Positions 1 to 13,098 of a stretch of 64,000 nt of DNA are shown here, piece by piece. The notes under the pieces are model-generated. The model did no database searches. It worked only from the letters and a program-made list of their open reading frames with translations, and was not told the origin of the DNA. Numbering within the stretch: position 1 is the stretch's first letter; each line of letters starts with the position of its first letter. The position numbers and the translations under genes were made by a program. This DNA comes from Protoeuglena noctilucae. Taxonomy: Eukaryota. The stretch is taken from positions 1,488,001 to 1,552,000 of the forward strand of contig OY253669.1 of the NCBI GenBank assembly GCA_958009085.1, written 5' to 3'.

Positions 1-3000
1 TCGAGGCCCACGTCTGGCACATGGGCAAGCAGATATACCTCGGGGGCTTCGAGACCGAGGACGCCGCGGCCCTGGCGTACGACCTGGCTGCCATCAAGTT
101 CAGGTGCGCAGGACGCATGTGTCGCATGGCCACACGCTACTCCGTGGCAGCGGCCGAGCAGCGCGATGTTGCATTGCACCAAGCGGCGTTTCCTCCTGCG
201 CGCTTGCTATTTCTCAGTGCGTCGGCCCAGGCACATGCGCCGGCATCCTGCACCTCGCCTCCTAGGCTCCGCCATCGTCCCCGCCACGACCCTGACTTAC
301 CCTGACCCTTCCATCTCCCCCACCAGGGGCCGCGAGGCCGTGACCAACTTCTCAATGGACAACTACGAGGGCGAGCTCGCCAACATCCAGGGCCTGACCA
401 AGGACGAGCTGATCCTCAGCCTCCGGCGCCAGAGCAAGGGCTTCTCGCGTGGGTCCTCCAAGTACCGTGGGGTGACCAGGCACCAGAAGGGCAAGTGGGA
501 GGCACGCATCGGGTCCCTTGTGGGCAAGAAGTACCACTACCTCGGTGAGAGTCGAGGGCTGAGCTGAGCTGCGAGGCATGCTGGTGTGAGGCGGCGACCG
601 GCACAGCAAGGCGGTTCTGCCCCATGCCCGGCATCCCTTACAGTCCTGTGCATCGTGCTCAGTTCCTGGCTATTTGGTCATTCACATCCTCTCACCCAGG
701 CCTGTTCAACACGGAGGTGGAGGCGGCGATTGCGTACGATCGGGAGGCCGTCAAGCAGCGGGGCATCCGTGCGCTGACCAACTTCGATCTTATGGAGTAC
801 GCCGATCTGCTCAGCCAGCAGGCGAGGTCGCAGCTACGCAGGTTACGCAGCTTGGTGCGAGCTCGCCGGCTCTTGGTCATTCCGAGACACTCTGTGTATG
901 ACAGTGATTCTATGAAGCTTGATCACAACACTGGATCTGTGATGTTGGACCTGTGAAGGTGTGTGACCCTGGCGGCGCGCAGGACGTGGCCGAGCTCGGG
1001 CGGCAGGGCGGTGGCAAGTACGCCCAGGTCGCGAGCAAGGCGGGGCAGGCCGCGGACGCCATGGTCAGCGTCCCGGTGCTCGACGCGGCCGACGGTACGT
1101 TACCCGTCCCGAGCCCTCAGAGGTGACTGCCACTCCACCCGCAACTTGCACCCATCTCGCTCCGTTCACTGCGGCTCAGCAGCGAGGCCGCGCTGGGAGC
1201 CTCTTATGGCTCAGAAGAGACCCCTGTAAAGCTCGTGTGCGTTGCCCGTTATATTCTTAGCTGACTTTGTGCCCCCCTTCGCGTTCTGGCACGCAGCGAG
1301 AGCCTGGCAGTGATCCTCGAGACGCGGTCGACCCCCTCCGTCAGCGGCACAGGCGACCGTCCCAGCAGCAGCGGCGGCCACCACCTGTCCTCCGGGAGCG
1401 TGGGCCTCGCCCACGGCGCGAGGCAGTCCCCCCACGGGTGAGCGATGTTGCTTTCTGAAACTGGGCTTGCAAGCGACCCGTCGTGCACCATGCCCTTTGC
1501 AGCAGCAGGGGTAGGGAGTCAGGCCTGTGCGTCTGCCGCATCGTTCATCTTCACGACGCTCATTTCTTTTGTCCGCTCCTCGGCTGCAGGGTCAGCCCCC
1601 GCGCCACCAAAGCGTCCCGGCACGAGCTGTTCGGCTTCACGCCGACGGCGCCCGACCTCCCGACCCTGGTCGTGCCTCCGCTGCGGTCCACGAGCCACGA
1701 GCTCCATGCCGACCACTGGGCCGGCATGCCGCACACCAGCCCGGCGCTGCTGGGGCCCCGGGGCTTCAGCTCGCGCGACCGCAGCCCCCCGCCCATGTCC
1801 ACGGGGCCCAACATCCTCCCGCCCCTGCCCCTCGTCATGGCCAGTGGCGTGCTGGGTGCCGACATGCCCTTCTCTTCGATGGCTGGAGGCATCGCCGGCT
1901 CGTCCCCGCTGAGCCACGTCCCGGCCCAGCCCAACTCTGTGCCAAGCCGCCTCATGTCGCGCATGCTCTCCATGCCCACCATCCAGGGCCACATCTCCGC
2001 CGCCTACTCCTCGGCACCCTTGCCCCAGCCGCCCTCGCCCACGGCCACCGTCACCCAGCACCGCGTCTCTGACCCGACCCTCGGGTTCGCCCAACATGTT
2101 GACTGGCACCCCCACCGGGCCCAGCGCGCGGGCGCTCCTCCCGGCACCCGCGTCCCTCACCTTGCACACCTGGGTGCCTCGGGCGGGCATTTCTCGTCCG
2201 CCATCGAGACGCGGGGCGGTGACGCGAGCGGCTGGTACCCAGACATGCCGCTGTCGCACTCCCCGCACGTGGGAGGGTCCCTGTGGCACGGCATGGGTTC
2301 CCACGGACACGACGGCTTCGACCTCGCCCCTCCCTCGCCCCGCTTCCACGTGGCAGGGGGCGACCCACGCAGCTGCGCTCTGGGTGAGGGCCGGGGCGCC
2401 TTCCTCGACGACCACCCCGGGATGACCCACGGAGATGGAGCAACCTCGGGAGGGTTTCTGCACTCCATCGGCAGCTACGGGTTTGGAACTGGCCCGGGCG
2501 CGGAGGGGCTGTGGCCACCCGGGCTGGGGGCGCGGATGGCCGCGTCGGCGCCGGAGCGCCCGGCGCCGCAGCCGGGCGCGGAGGGACAGGGGCGGCAGGA
2601 GGAGGGGGCGTTGGAGCCGGGTGCGCACGCGGCGGCCGGCGCGGTGCCGCAGCCGGCGGGGGCGGATGGGGCGGCTGCGGCTGTGGGCGCCCGCCCTGCG
2701 GTCGCGGCGCAGGCGCCGTGTCACGTGCACTCCCGCTCGACGGGGGAGCTATGGCAGCACTCGCTGGGCCCGTCGATGCACGGGGAGCCTGACGTGTGGG
2801 ACGTGGCCCCGGCCCACCCTCACTCGCTGTCGATGAATGAGGTGTGGCCGACGTCGACCGGGCAAAGGTGGGGTGACGAGGATTCGTTCGTCGACAAGCA
2901 CAACGGCCCTGCGCCGTCGTCGGAGGGGCCCACTGCCCGGGCGCAGCCCCTGCCTCCCGCCGACGAGGGCGCACCTGGCAAGGGGGACGTGATGGGTGGC

Positions 3001-3018
3001 TCCGAGGACGCGTGTTGA
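1..3018 (+). CDS. AP2/ERF transcription factor with tandem AP2 domains (AP2/ANT/WRI-like), 5'-truncated by the window edge, spliced
   Basis: Exons 1-103, 327-544, 700-821, 983-... splice to [42 protein letters not shown]...[31 protein letters not shown]...[19 protein letters not shown]. This is two AP2 domains with the conserved inter-domain linker. A long low-complexity last exon ends at TGA 3016-3018. Confidence 0.9.
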
Positions 3019-3732
3019 AGGCATGCCAGCGCACGTGCCCTTCGCTTGGTCCCGCCTGGCCAGCTTGTTTTGGGGTCCGTGGCTGTCACCTGGGTCTTGG
3101 AGAGATCGTGGGGGTCTGGTGGCAGCTGGCCAGGTCCTGCCCGGTTTTGAGGCGCGAGCGTCTGTTGCTGCTGGCTGGGTGTGTTCTGCACATGAGGGGC
3201 TTGCGTTTCTACGCGCTGGGCGAGGTCTGTTCCCGCAACGCCGCGCTCTGTTAGTCACGGTGAGGGCGCACAGTTGCCCATCGGCCTAGGTAAGGCCTCA
3301 CCAGGGCGTCTTCCATTTCGACTCCTTCTGTTGTTTCCATGGCTGCCGTTGTTATTGATATACAAGGCTTAGTGATTTATGCCCATGGCCAGCCGTCCCA
3401 GTCTGAGCGCCCATGCCCAGCAAGCGCCTTAGTTGGCCTGGTGGGCCACCTCGCGTGTGCCATGGTGCTATGGCGCATAGCTTTCTTAGAGACTCCCGTT
3501 GATCCACAATTATTGAAGCAACGGTCGTTAGCTGAAGTCACGCAAACCGGCCAGGAGCCGATTCGTCCGTGAAAAAGCAGCGCGAGCGAGCTAACCGGGG
3601 TGCGGGTCCCTATGGCACTACGCACACGAGCTCGCCCTCCCGACGAGCCAGGGGCCTGCTACTGGCGAAAGTGCCTGGCGTCCTGCTCCGGCGGCAACCG
3701 GTCACGACAAGTCACAGCAATTGACAGGCGCG

Positions 3733-3737
3733 TTACA
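3733..3737 (-). promoter_or_regulatory. Putative chlorophyte-type polyadenylation signal TGTAA of the SLT gene
   Basis: ttaca on + (TGTAA on -), about 20 nt downstream of the predicted SLT stop at 3758-3760. Confidence 0.5.
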
Positions 3738-3757
3738 AACGCATCGTCGCCCATCCA

Positions 3758-6700
3758 TCACGCCCAGGGCCACCACGACTTGCGACCCTCAGCCCCGTTG
3801 GCACCCGTCGGGGCCTCGTCCCTCCGAGAGGTGGAGCTCAGCTCGCGGAGCTGCTGCTCGGCCTCGTCTGCGAGGAGCGCAGGTCACCCATTCGCATCCA
3901 ACTGTCCTCGACCGCCATGTCCCCAGCAACACAGCGCCGGGTGGATGCGTCCATTCATCCATGCGAACATGCTCAAGCCAGCCCGGTGCTCACCGTGCTC
4001 CTGGTGCTTGGCCCTCCACGCGTCCCGCGACGCCTCCCACGCCAGCTTGCCGCCCAGCACGACCACCACGGCAGACAGCGACACGGCCGCCAGGATGTAC
4101 CAGTGGTCGATGAAGGCGGCCGCTAACAGAGACACCACGGCGCCCACGATCTGAAGCGGGGCCCCGAATCGCACGAAATCCATGAAGTTGTACCCGCCCG
4201 CGCCGTACACCATGAGGTTGGTCTGGTACCCGAAGGGCGACATGAAGGCGGCACTCGCGCCGTGCTGCGAGTCAGTCGGGTCGGGGAGTCCAGTCAAAGG
4301 TCCGGTCAAGGACAGACGAGGACAGACGAGGCTGCAGGCCGAGGCCCGGCTGGGATGGTGCCTTGCGCTATGCAGGGTCGATGGCCACATCGACATCTCG
4401 CGGGCCCACTCACCATGATGAGGTTAAGCGTGACCTTCACGTTCATGTGATTTAAGCGGGCGGCCTCCAGGGCGATGGGGAACATGAGGGCGGCGGCGGC
4501 GTTGTTGGCGATGATCTGCGGGCAAGGCCGAGGGTGGTGCAGCGTTACTGGGCCTGGCGAGGGGCTGCTACAGCTCCGCACGCCAAGGCAGCCAAGGCAC
4601 GAGACACACAGTATGTTGCCATGACAGCACATTCCACATGTCTCTATGATAGCAGCCGCCTGGCAGTCCCTGCGCAGACTTGCGGAGCCTCACACCTGGG
4701 AGATGGCGGCGGTGGCGATGTAGAGGGCAGCTTGCACGGGGAGGTTGCCAAGCTTCATCGCCTTCCCCACGTGCACTGCGGGGGGAAAGCGAATGCGAGA
4801 ATCGGCCCACGCCGTCGATTGACACCCAGCAGCACTGGCGCGCCCGTGACCCAACCGCCTGGTAACATTGCCCCGCCACGTGCTCGCCCACGCACCCAGC
4901 GCTTTGGCGATGGCCGTCGCGGCCCCGGAGTTGCTCAGGGCCGTGCTGACCCCGAATGCTGCGGAGATGGCGATGTAGACGTCCCACTTGATGGCACGCC
5001 GGGCTTCCTGCGGCCAAAGCAGAGCATGGACCCGTCTCTTGCACCGGCGCTCCTCGCCAGACGACCTGGGCATCTGCTGGAACTCCAGGCCAACGCTGGC
5101 CCCCTGTCGGCGCCAGACGCGCACCTGGACGGTAATGCACTTGGTCGCAATCATGAGGGCAGCGGCCCACAAAGCGGCGGCTGAGAGCGGGAGGATGTTG
5201 GCGACGTAGAGCGCAATCATGGCCCCCAGCAGGATGAGCGATACCCAGAGCTTGTTCATCCGCGGCGGAGCACTGCCCTCCACGGGAGACACGAGCGCGA
5301 AGGTCGAGCTTTTGGAGTGCTCTTTCATGAAGGATGGCCCCGCCTCAAGCAGCAGCACGTCTCCGGCCTGCGTGCAAAGGTGTGGAGCCACGGTCGCGGT
5401 GACAAGGGCTCGCATGCACAGCGCCATGTTGCACGGCACGATGCCACTCGGCGCGTGTGCATCGACACGCAGCGTAGGCGGCATTTGCTGGCTAGCCGCA
5501 GCGACTCACGTGGACCTCGATATCGCCGACTTTGAGGTGCAGGCGGTGCCCGCGGCGGTGCACGGCGAGGACTGCGGCATGGAAGCGGGTGCGGAAGCGG
5601 GAGTCCCGGATGGTGCGTCCCTGCAGCTCGCTGTGGTTGGCCACCACGGCTTGGACCAGGAAGCGCTGCGGGACAGCAGGGGCGCCTCGAGGTGGACGCG
5701 CGGATCGCATCCGCGCGTGGCGGAGGCAGACTTGGCAGCACACGCAACGGTGGCACTCGTCGCGTGTCGCTTTGGTAATATGCATGTGCGACTCTGAACA
5801 GTTCACGCCATACGGCATCACGCATACATATGTGTGGACCAAGACCGTCTGCTTGGCCCCCAGCGCCGCCGCCTCACACCTGGTCGTGGTCGTCCGGCAG
5901 CTTGGAGAGCTGGTTGGTGTGCGGCACCAGGCCAGGGATCTTACGGATGTTCTGCACCGAGGCGATATCACCCGAGAACCAGCACACGTCGCCCTGCGCA
6001 GGACGCATCGGAGAGGACCGCTGGACGTAGTCACCACGCATGCCACGATATGCGCACAGCACGCTGCGCTGCGTTCACTATGTGCTTGAAACTCCGCACA
6101 GCACAACGTCCCCGAGTCGAGGCCGGTGCATCTCACATACACCTCGCGGAGCCCCAGTCACGCACCTTCGCCAGCACCTCCTCCGGTCCCACCGAGTTGA
6201 TGAGCTCGCCAGTAGCACGTTCGATGGCCACGAGGTACGACTTCTGCAGAGCACGGAGCCCCGCCTGCGCGACGGTCTTGCTCACGACGGGGCTGCGGTC
6301 CTGGACGAGCATGGCGAACATGAAGGCGCCGTCCGCCTCGGGGGCAGGCAGGGATGGGGCGCTGGTGGACGTCGCCGGGCCACCCAGGTCTGCCACATCC
6401 AGGAAGTTCTCCTTCAGGTCCCAGTTGTCCACGTCGAACTCGGAGCTCGTATTGAGCAGGAGCTGATCCCGGGCCTGTGGGGAGAAGGCACGCGAGCTGT
6501 CATGTGTCTCGCGGCGTGGAGGACCGGGCCCGCCACCTGCGACGCTGCAGCGGGCCGCGGCAGGCGCGCCTCCTTCGGGCGCCGCTGCCCGGGAACCTCA
6601 CCTGCAGCACCACTTGCGCCACGTTGCCCTTGAGGGGCTGCCCGCGCCGGCGCACAGCCACCACCGAGGCACCGAACCGGCGACGGAAGCCGAGGTCCTT

Positions 6701-8408
6701 CACGGCCTGACCGACGACCTCCGCGCCAGGCTTGACGGTCGCCTTGACAAGGGCGAACCCCGTGCGCGCGAACTCGTCCACCGGCGTCAGCCCGGCGCCC
6801 GGGCCGGGAGCCACGGCGTTGGGCGCTGCGCCGTCAGCAGACCCGTCGTCGCTCGCGAGGACCAGCCCGGTGCGCTTGCACAGCTGGGCCATGTGCTCGG
6901 GGAGCCCGCTAAACTCCAGCACGTCCCGGGCGCTCAGCACGAAGTCGGGGTCCACTGCAGCCACCACCCGCCGGCGCCGGACCACCGAAGCGAGGAAGAG
7001 GCCCTCGGGGAGGCCGCGGAGGCCAGCCTCGTTGATGGTTTTGCCGACGAGGGGGCTGCCCTCGGGCACCTGCCGGGAGCGCGTCGCTGGGGAGCCTCAC
7101 TGGGTCGGTGAGATGGCGACACACCACCGCAAGACACCTGGGAAGATGCGTGACCAAGGGACTGCGGCGAACGCAGACGGTTCTCTATGCCTTTGCTGTA
7201 GCCACCAGATGCCGTGACTGACCTGGGCGGAGTAGAGGAAGTGGTCGCTGGTCTTCTTGCGGTCCCCGGGCAGGAGGAAGTCCGACAGGAGAGCCATGTA
7301 GATGAGGCCCGCGCATGCCAGAGGGATACCTGCACGACAAAGAGCGTGGCTGCTAGCTCAGAGCATAGAGAGGGTGGCGGGGCTGCCGGAATCCTTCCCC
7401 GCAGTGCAGCGCTGCCTTACCCATGGGTGCCAGGTCGAACAGCTTGAAGTGGATGCCCTTCTTGGCAGCCAGACCCGACACGACCAGATTGGTGCTGGTG
7501 CCGATGAGCGTGACGATGCCACTGCAAGAGGGGGAGGTTGCGACTGGTGCCGACCAGCGCCGACACTGTGACGAGCGTGGTAGCCAAAGCGACTGGCCGC
7601 GCGTGGTGGCTGCAACCCACCCGAGCTCCGATGCGTAGGACAGCGGGATCAGGAACTTGGAGGCGCTCAGACCGACCTGCGTGGGCAGACTCAACCGCGC
7701 TCTGATCGCCTGACACGCAGCCTCGAGCATGCGGAGGGCACGTGAGGCGTGTGAACGACCGCACCTTGCGGCACCAAGTGACGACCAGGGGAGCGAGGAT
7801 GGCCACGATGGGGGTGTTGTTGAAGAAGGCAGAGACGACCATGGTCGGGAGGAGCAGGCGGATTTGCCCGACGGCCATGCTGCGCGGGTTGCCCAGCACC
7901 CGAGACAGCAGGTAGTCGATGGCACCTGAAGGGGCGGAAGGGCAGCTCCTGCGGTCGTTAGCTGGCACCAGCTGCGTGCCCCGCTGGGCTGCGGAGGGCG
8001 GCGAGTTGGTTTGCGTCACCTGTCTCCGTGACGCCGGCCGCGACCACAAAGAGGATGACGACGCTCAGAAGGCCCTCATTAGCGAAGCCGGCGAGGGCAT
8101 CCTTCACCGTGACGATCTTCACGGTGAGGCACAGGCCGTCCACCGCGAGGATGGCTGCGGGATCGGCGATGTGGGCATCAGGCAAGCTGCTGCACCACAC
8201 ATCTGCCGTGCTTCAGGTAGCGCAACGCTCCCCGAGCTGGCGACCTGCGGCTGAATACTGGCCGGCAAACGCAAATCAAAGCATCATCATCGATTGTACG
8301 CTCCATCGCTGTCCATTTCTTACCGAAATCGGCCGGGAGGAGCTCCAGCGAGAGGCCGATGAACGACGCGCCCAGGCACAGCACCACGAAAATCGCTTCC
8401 CACAGCAT
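3758..8408 (-). CDS. SLT: SLT/SAC1-like Na+/sulfate cotransporter (SLC13/DASS family with TrkA-C domains), many exons
   Basis: [16 protein letters not shown]...; [68 protein letters not shown]; repeated TrkA-C segments ([46 protein letters not shown]); [37 protein letters not shown]. The last exon [10 protein letters not shown]...KSWWPWA* follows a final GT-AG intron. Confidence 0.92.
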
Positions 8409-8744
8409 GGCTGTTCGTAATCCGCCAATTCGAGGCTTGAAAATGCCGCTACTGGATCGAGAGAGGCAGTAGAGGCAACGTGTCACCCAGCTGCGGCCAC
8501 CCCGCCCACAGTTGTTCGGGCAAGCTGCAGTGTGACTCACGGCGTCACTCGGCCTCAGCCTCCTTGATGTGCTGACCTCGGAATGTCATGGCAGTGGGGC
8601 GTGGTGCGTCTATTTAACAGCGCCGTGCTCGACACTAAAGACTGGCATAGCTGTTTCTGGAAAAATCAGCAAACCGCCGCGGCGGCCCCCTCGGGCCTTG
8701 CGCCGGGATCTAAAAACTCAGCAGCAGCACCGAAGGCCGGGCCG

Positions 8745-9272
8745 TCAGCCCCTCTTTATCACGTTCATGACGGGGGTCATCTGCCGCGCGATGAACCTGC
8801 AGGTGACGAAAGCTTGAAAGTGCGAACGGGAAGACAACGACCCTCTTAACTCAAGAATACGAGCAGAAGAAGGACAATTGGGTCCAACGCCTCACCGAAT
8901 CATGATCGGAGTGCCCACGAGGCCCATGCACAGCGGCACGCCCGCGATGATCCCCAGGCCCTGCGGTGAAAACACATGGCGTTGACATGCACCCAAGCAG
9001 CCTCGGAAGGACACAGGGAGCGGGACGGGCGCCGCAGTTAGCGCTGCATACCGCCGTCACCCACACGGGCGCACGGACGGGCCCCGCGGCGCCCCCCGCG
9101 TCCGCCGTGTTGCCCCGGGATCAATTGTGGTGCATACAGGCGGCAGGTCCATACCAACCTCGCGGCATGCGCGAAGCCTGCCGCCCCTCACCATGGCAGT
9201 GTCCAAAAGCCCCGTCTCCTTGTTCGGGTTGGGCCTAGACGTCGCCCCAGAAATGGTTGGCAGGAACCCCAT
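8745..9272 (-). CDS. Predicted 65-aa single-pass membrane microprotein (3 exons), unknown family
   Basis: Exons 9272-9192, 8960-8896 and 8796-8745 have GTGAG donors and YAG acceptors with matching phases (0, then 2). Product: MGFLPTISGATSRPNPNKETGLLDTAM|GLGIIAGVPLCMGLVGTPIMIR|FIARQMTPVMNVIKRG*. The spliced product is absent from the ORF track. Confidence 0.6.
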
Positions 9273-9514
9273 CAAGTGAGAGCAGCGACAGGCGGCCGGG
9301 GGCTCCGGGGGCCGGGACGGCCGTGCGATTCACTGCGACGCACCACTCGGGGCTCGCCACGGTCGACCTGAGGGCAGCCAAATGCAGCTTCAAGTGCCAA
9401 AGTCCACGCTGCTGAGGATGCCGGCGCCGATGGCTGGCGGGGACCTCTCGTGGGGATGTCGCACAGCTCTGGCACGGCGCGGGCACTGGCACGGCTAATT
9501 CATTCTTTTCTTCC

Positions 9515-11509
9515 ATGCCGTACCAGGCTCTCTTCGATGCTCTCAACGATCTAGCGATGGGCGCGCCCGCTCCCTCTTGGGCGGCCGCCAAGGCCCTGGC
9601 ACACTCGTCCACGTGTCGTCTCCTTGGCAGGCCGCGCCTGCGCCGCCCCGTCGTCACCTGCAGCAGGTTGCACAGCTCGGAGGCTCCTGATGACGTGGTC
9701 GTAGTGGGCGCGGGCGCAGCCGGACTGGTGAGTAGGCGGCAGCGACTGCCCGCTTGGTGTAGCAGAGCCCCGCGCTGCATGCTGTGACAGGGGTGCCCTG
9801 TCACAGGCGAAACCTGCATGCCGCATCACCGACTCCCTGCGAGGTTCTCGCAGACGGCGGCCTTCTTCGCCGCGTCGGCCGGGGCGTCCGTCACCGTATT
9901 GGAGCGTACGGGAGAGGCAGGCAAGAAAATTCTCATGTCGGGGGGCACGCGGTGCAACGTGCTGCCCATGGCCGTGGACGTGAGCACCGACTTCCAAACC
10001 AGGGGGAGTCAGAATGCGATGAAGGCCGTCTTCCGCACCTGGAGCCTCGATGGCTGCCACGCCTGGTTGGAGAAGGACGTGGGGCTGGAGCTGGCGGCTG
10101 AGGTCGAGACGTCCAAGTGGTTCCCGGCCAGCAACTCGGGGCGAGACGTGCGGGACCGGCTCCTCTCTGCTTGCGAACGCCGAGGGGTCACGGTGGCGTA
10201 CAATGCGAGCGTGGAGGGCTTGCGGCGGTCGGACGATGGGGGCTGCTTTGAGCTCGACATTGCAGCGCGGGAGCCTCGCGGCTCGCGTTTGGCGGGGTCT
10301 AGGGGCGTGGCTGGATCTGGGGAGCCGCACCCTGCCCGGGTGGTCCGCGCGTCACGCGTGGTGTTTGCGAGCGGTGAGGGCTGATGCTGTGGTGCGAGAT
10401 GCGGACGCAGGCTGCGCCCGGGGCAAGCTGTAGCCGTGTTCACGCTCCTTATGACGCATGCAACCGTCCACAGGAGGCTTGAGCTTCCCGGCTGTTGGGA
10501 CGGACGGCACTGGTCACCGCCTCCTGGACGGCCTTGGCCTCACCATGACCCCGACGTACCCCGCCTTGACTCCTCTGACGGGGGCGCACCCTCACCAAGA
10601 GCCCCTGCCAGGCGTGACCGTGCCGGCGGTAGCGCTGTCCGTGCGCCTGGGGCCCAAGCGCAAGGACGCTCGCCAGGCTCACCGCGGTGGCTTCCTGTTC
10701 ACCCACAAGGGCTTCTCCGGCCCCTCAGTGCTCGACTTGAGCCATCACCTCGTCACAGCGATGGAGCAGGGGGGCTCGCCACCGCCTCTCGTGGCGAGCT
10801 GGACGGGCGATGACGAGGACGCCTGGATGAGGAGGTTCGGGGAGTCGGCGTCGGCACAGGCGAGGGGCACTGCCGTTGCAGGCTCGTGTAACGAGCAGCA
10901 TGGCCGGCGCCGACCGCAGCGCACTGCCCACCACCTTTTGTCATGCATGCGCATTGCCACCATCTAGCAAGACGTCGTCATTTCCATCAGCTCGTGTCGT
11001 CTCACCTGGCCCTTGCAGGTACGCAACATCATAGCGCGGCACATGCCACAGCGCCTGGCGCAGGCGCTCTGTGACGAGGCGGGCATGCCGGCGGACCGCA
11101 AGGCCGGAGAGCTGCGCAAGGAGGAGCGGGTCAGGTTGCTGGCAATGCTGACGCAGGCGAGCGACAAGGGAGCGGCCTGGTGCAAGCACGGCAAAGCGGC
11201 CAGGGGTGCGACTGCCTAGCACGTCACAACCCATCTCCCGCTCTCTTTGGCATGCAGTACCCCCTTCACGTGACTGGGCACCAGGGATACCCCAAAGCGG
11301 AGGTCACAGGGGGTGGCGTGGCGTTGTCAGAGGTGGATGCAGGCACGCTGGAATGCAAGCGGCACAGAGGGCTGTACCTGTGCGGCGAGGTGTTGGACGT
11401 GTTTGGCAGGATCGGGGGCTTCAACTTTTTCTGGGCGTGGGTGTCGGGGCGGGCAGCAGGCCTCGCGGCAGGGAGAGCCGCCGCAGAAGCACGGGGCGCG
11501 GGGTCGTGA
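9515..11509 (+). CDS. NAD(P)/FAD-dependent oxidoreductase, HI0933/YhiN/BaiN family, probably organelle-targeted
   Basis: DVVVVGAGAAGL; LERTGEAGKKILMSGGTRCNVLP; ASG|GLSFPAVGTDGTG; GGFLFTHKGFSGPSVLDLS; LTQ|YPLHVTGHQGYPKAEVTGGGV; GLYLCGEVLDVFGRIGGFNFFWAWVSG. Has two GC-AG introns (10860-11018, 11157-11257). The start may instead be the ATG at 9557. Confidence 0.9.
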
Positions 11510-11520
11510 GAGCGTGGGGC

Positions 11521-11525
11521 TGTAA
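11521..11525 (+). promoter_or_regulatory. Putative TGTAA polyadenylation signal of the HI0933-family gene
   Basis: TGTAA 11 nt after the stop codon ending at 11509. Confidence 0.45.
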
Positions 11526-11650
11526 GGGTGCGTCTGAAGGAGTGACAATAAACGCTGCGATGCGCACCTACGCTGGACGCGCAGGGGCTAGGAAGAAGAT
11601 AGCGATGCTAGGTATGAAGACTCTTGGGAGACATCTCTGGAACCATTGTG

Positions 11651-13098
11651 TCATGTTCCCGTCAGCCAAACGGGCCGCAGCAATGCCGCCTCGACGTGCA
11701 CTCCGGCAGTCGCAACATCCCGGCACGCTTTGACGTTGGCCGTCAGCAGGAGGCCCCGGGCAGCCCGCGCCACCAGCACCGCGTCTCGCTGCAGCAGTGG
11801 CACCCCCGCCTCCGCCATCGTTTGTCCCGCCGCGCCGCCTTCGTCTAGCGGCAGAGGCCCCGCGCCATGGACCGCGGCTGCTGCTCCCAACCGATCCAAA
11901 TCACCCCCGTCAGCGTCGATCACCTCCACGCGCAGCCGGTAGGTTTCTCGCCACCGCTGTTTCTCCCTTGCACCCCCGAACTCCTCCAGCAAGCGCTCGA
12001 AGTGATCGACGGACGACCGCTCGCACAGCCAGCGCCGACCAGCCATCGCCGCCTCGAGCAGCCCCAGCATGGGCTCTTCCTCCTCCTGCCTGCACCCGCA
12101 GAGCATGGGGTGCGCGCTGTGAACGAAGTCTCCGGCCACACAAGCGGGGCTTCCCGCAACATGCTCTGTCCACGCACCTGACGCATAGCTCTCGGTGGAC
12201 GTTGCCCGCCGCCCACTCCCGCACGCTCGGCAGGGCGATGCCCCCGTGCGAAAGCTCGGAGCACAGCGCGCAAAGCGTACTCGTCTCGAACACAAGTGTC
12301 CAGCTCCCCTGGCGCGCCCTGCGGGTGCGATGCTCGCATGCCTGCGTGTGTCAGCTGCAGGTGACGGGGGCCAGCCAAGGGCATGCGCATGCGGCTCGCA
12401 CCGTGGGCAGGGCCGGCGAGAAGCCGACCGCCACGTGAACGCCCATTGCTTCAATTTCCTCCCTCAGATCGCCGGGCAGGCTCTCCGCCACCACCAGCAC
12501 CACGCGCGGCGGGGCATAGCGCACAAAGTTGCGCTCCATCTGTGCGGCGTGCATGGCAGCCTGCAGCTGCACGCGCAGACCCTTGACATGTCCCGGGTTG
12601 CCCTGCCAAGCCGAGCTGCTCGGCCCCAGCTCTGCCACACTCTTCACTTCTATCCAACACGCCCCTCCGTGACACACCACGTCGATGTCCACCCGGCCCG
12701 TCCCCGAGCAGTCTGGGGCCCCGGGGACCTTCAGCCCCACTGCCGTGAGACCGGGGACATTGGACGCGACACGGAGCTCGGCACGGATGCCCATCGCGTT
12801 GTTGCGCGAGCCGCAGATGCGGGCCGTGAGCTCTCGGAAGCGGTCTGCGTCCTGCCCTGCGGACCGTGCGACCTCGAGGCTCTGCTGCAGGCCGGTGAGC
12901 TCGCTGCGAAGGCCCCGTCGCAGACGGCTCATCCCCGGGCACCATGCAAGGGGCTCGCAGAGCCGATCGAGCTCCTGCGGCGGAGGGAGGAGATGGCTGG
13001 TGAGCAGCCATGTGTTGGATCAGCTGGGACATCGAAGATAGCGGCTAGCTCACCTCGAGCTCACCAAGCAGCCGCTCTCCTTCCTCTAAAGTGTACAT
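11651..13098 (-). CDS. UPF0415/C7orf25-like protein (DUF1308 family)
   Basis: MYTLEEGERLLGELE|ELDRLCEPL...; VDIDVVCHGGACWIEVKS; TSTLCALCSELSHG; LCERSSVDHFERLLEEFGGAREKQRW; C-terminus LLLTANVKACRDVATAGVHVEAALLRPVWLTG*. Motifs recognised by eye as DUF1308-like. Confidence 0.75.
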
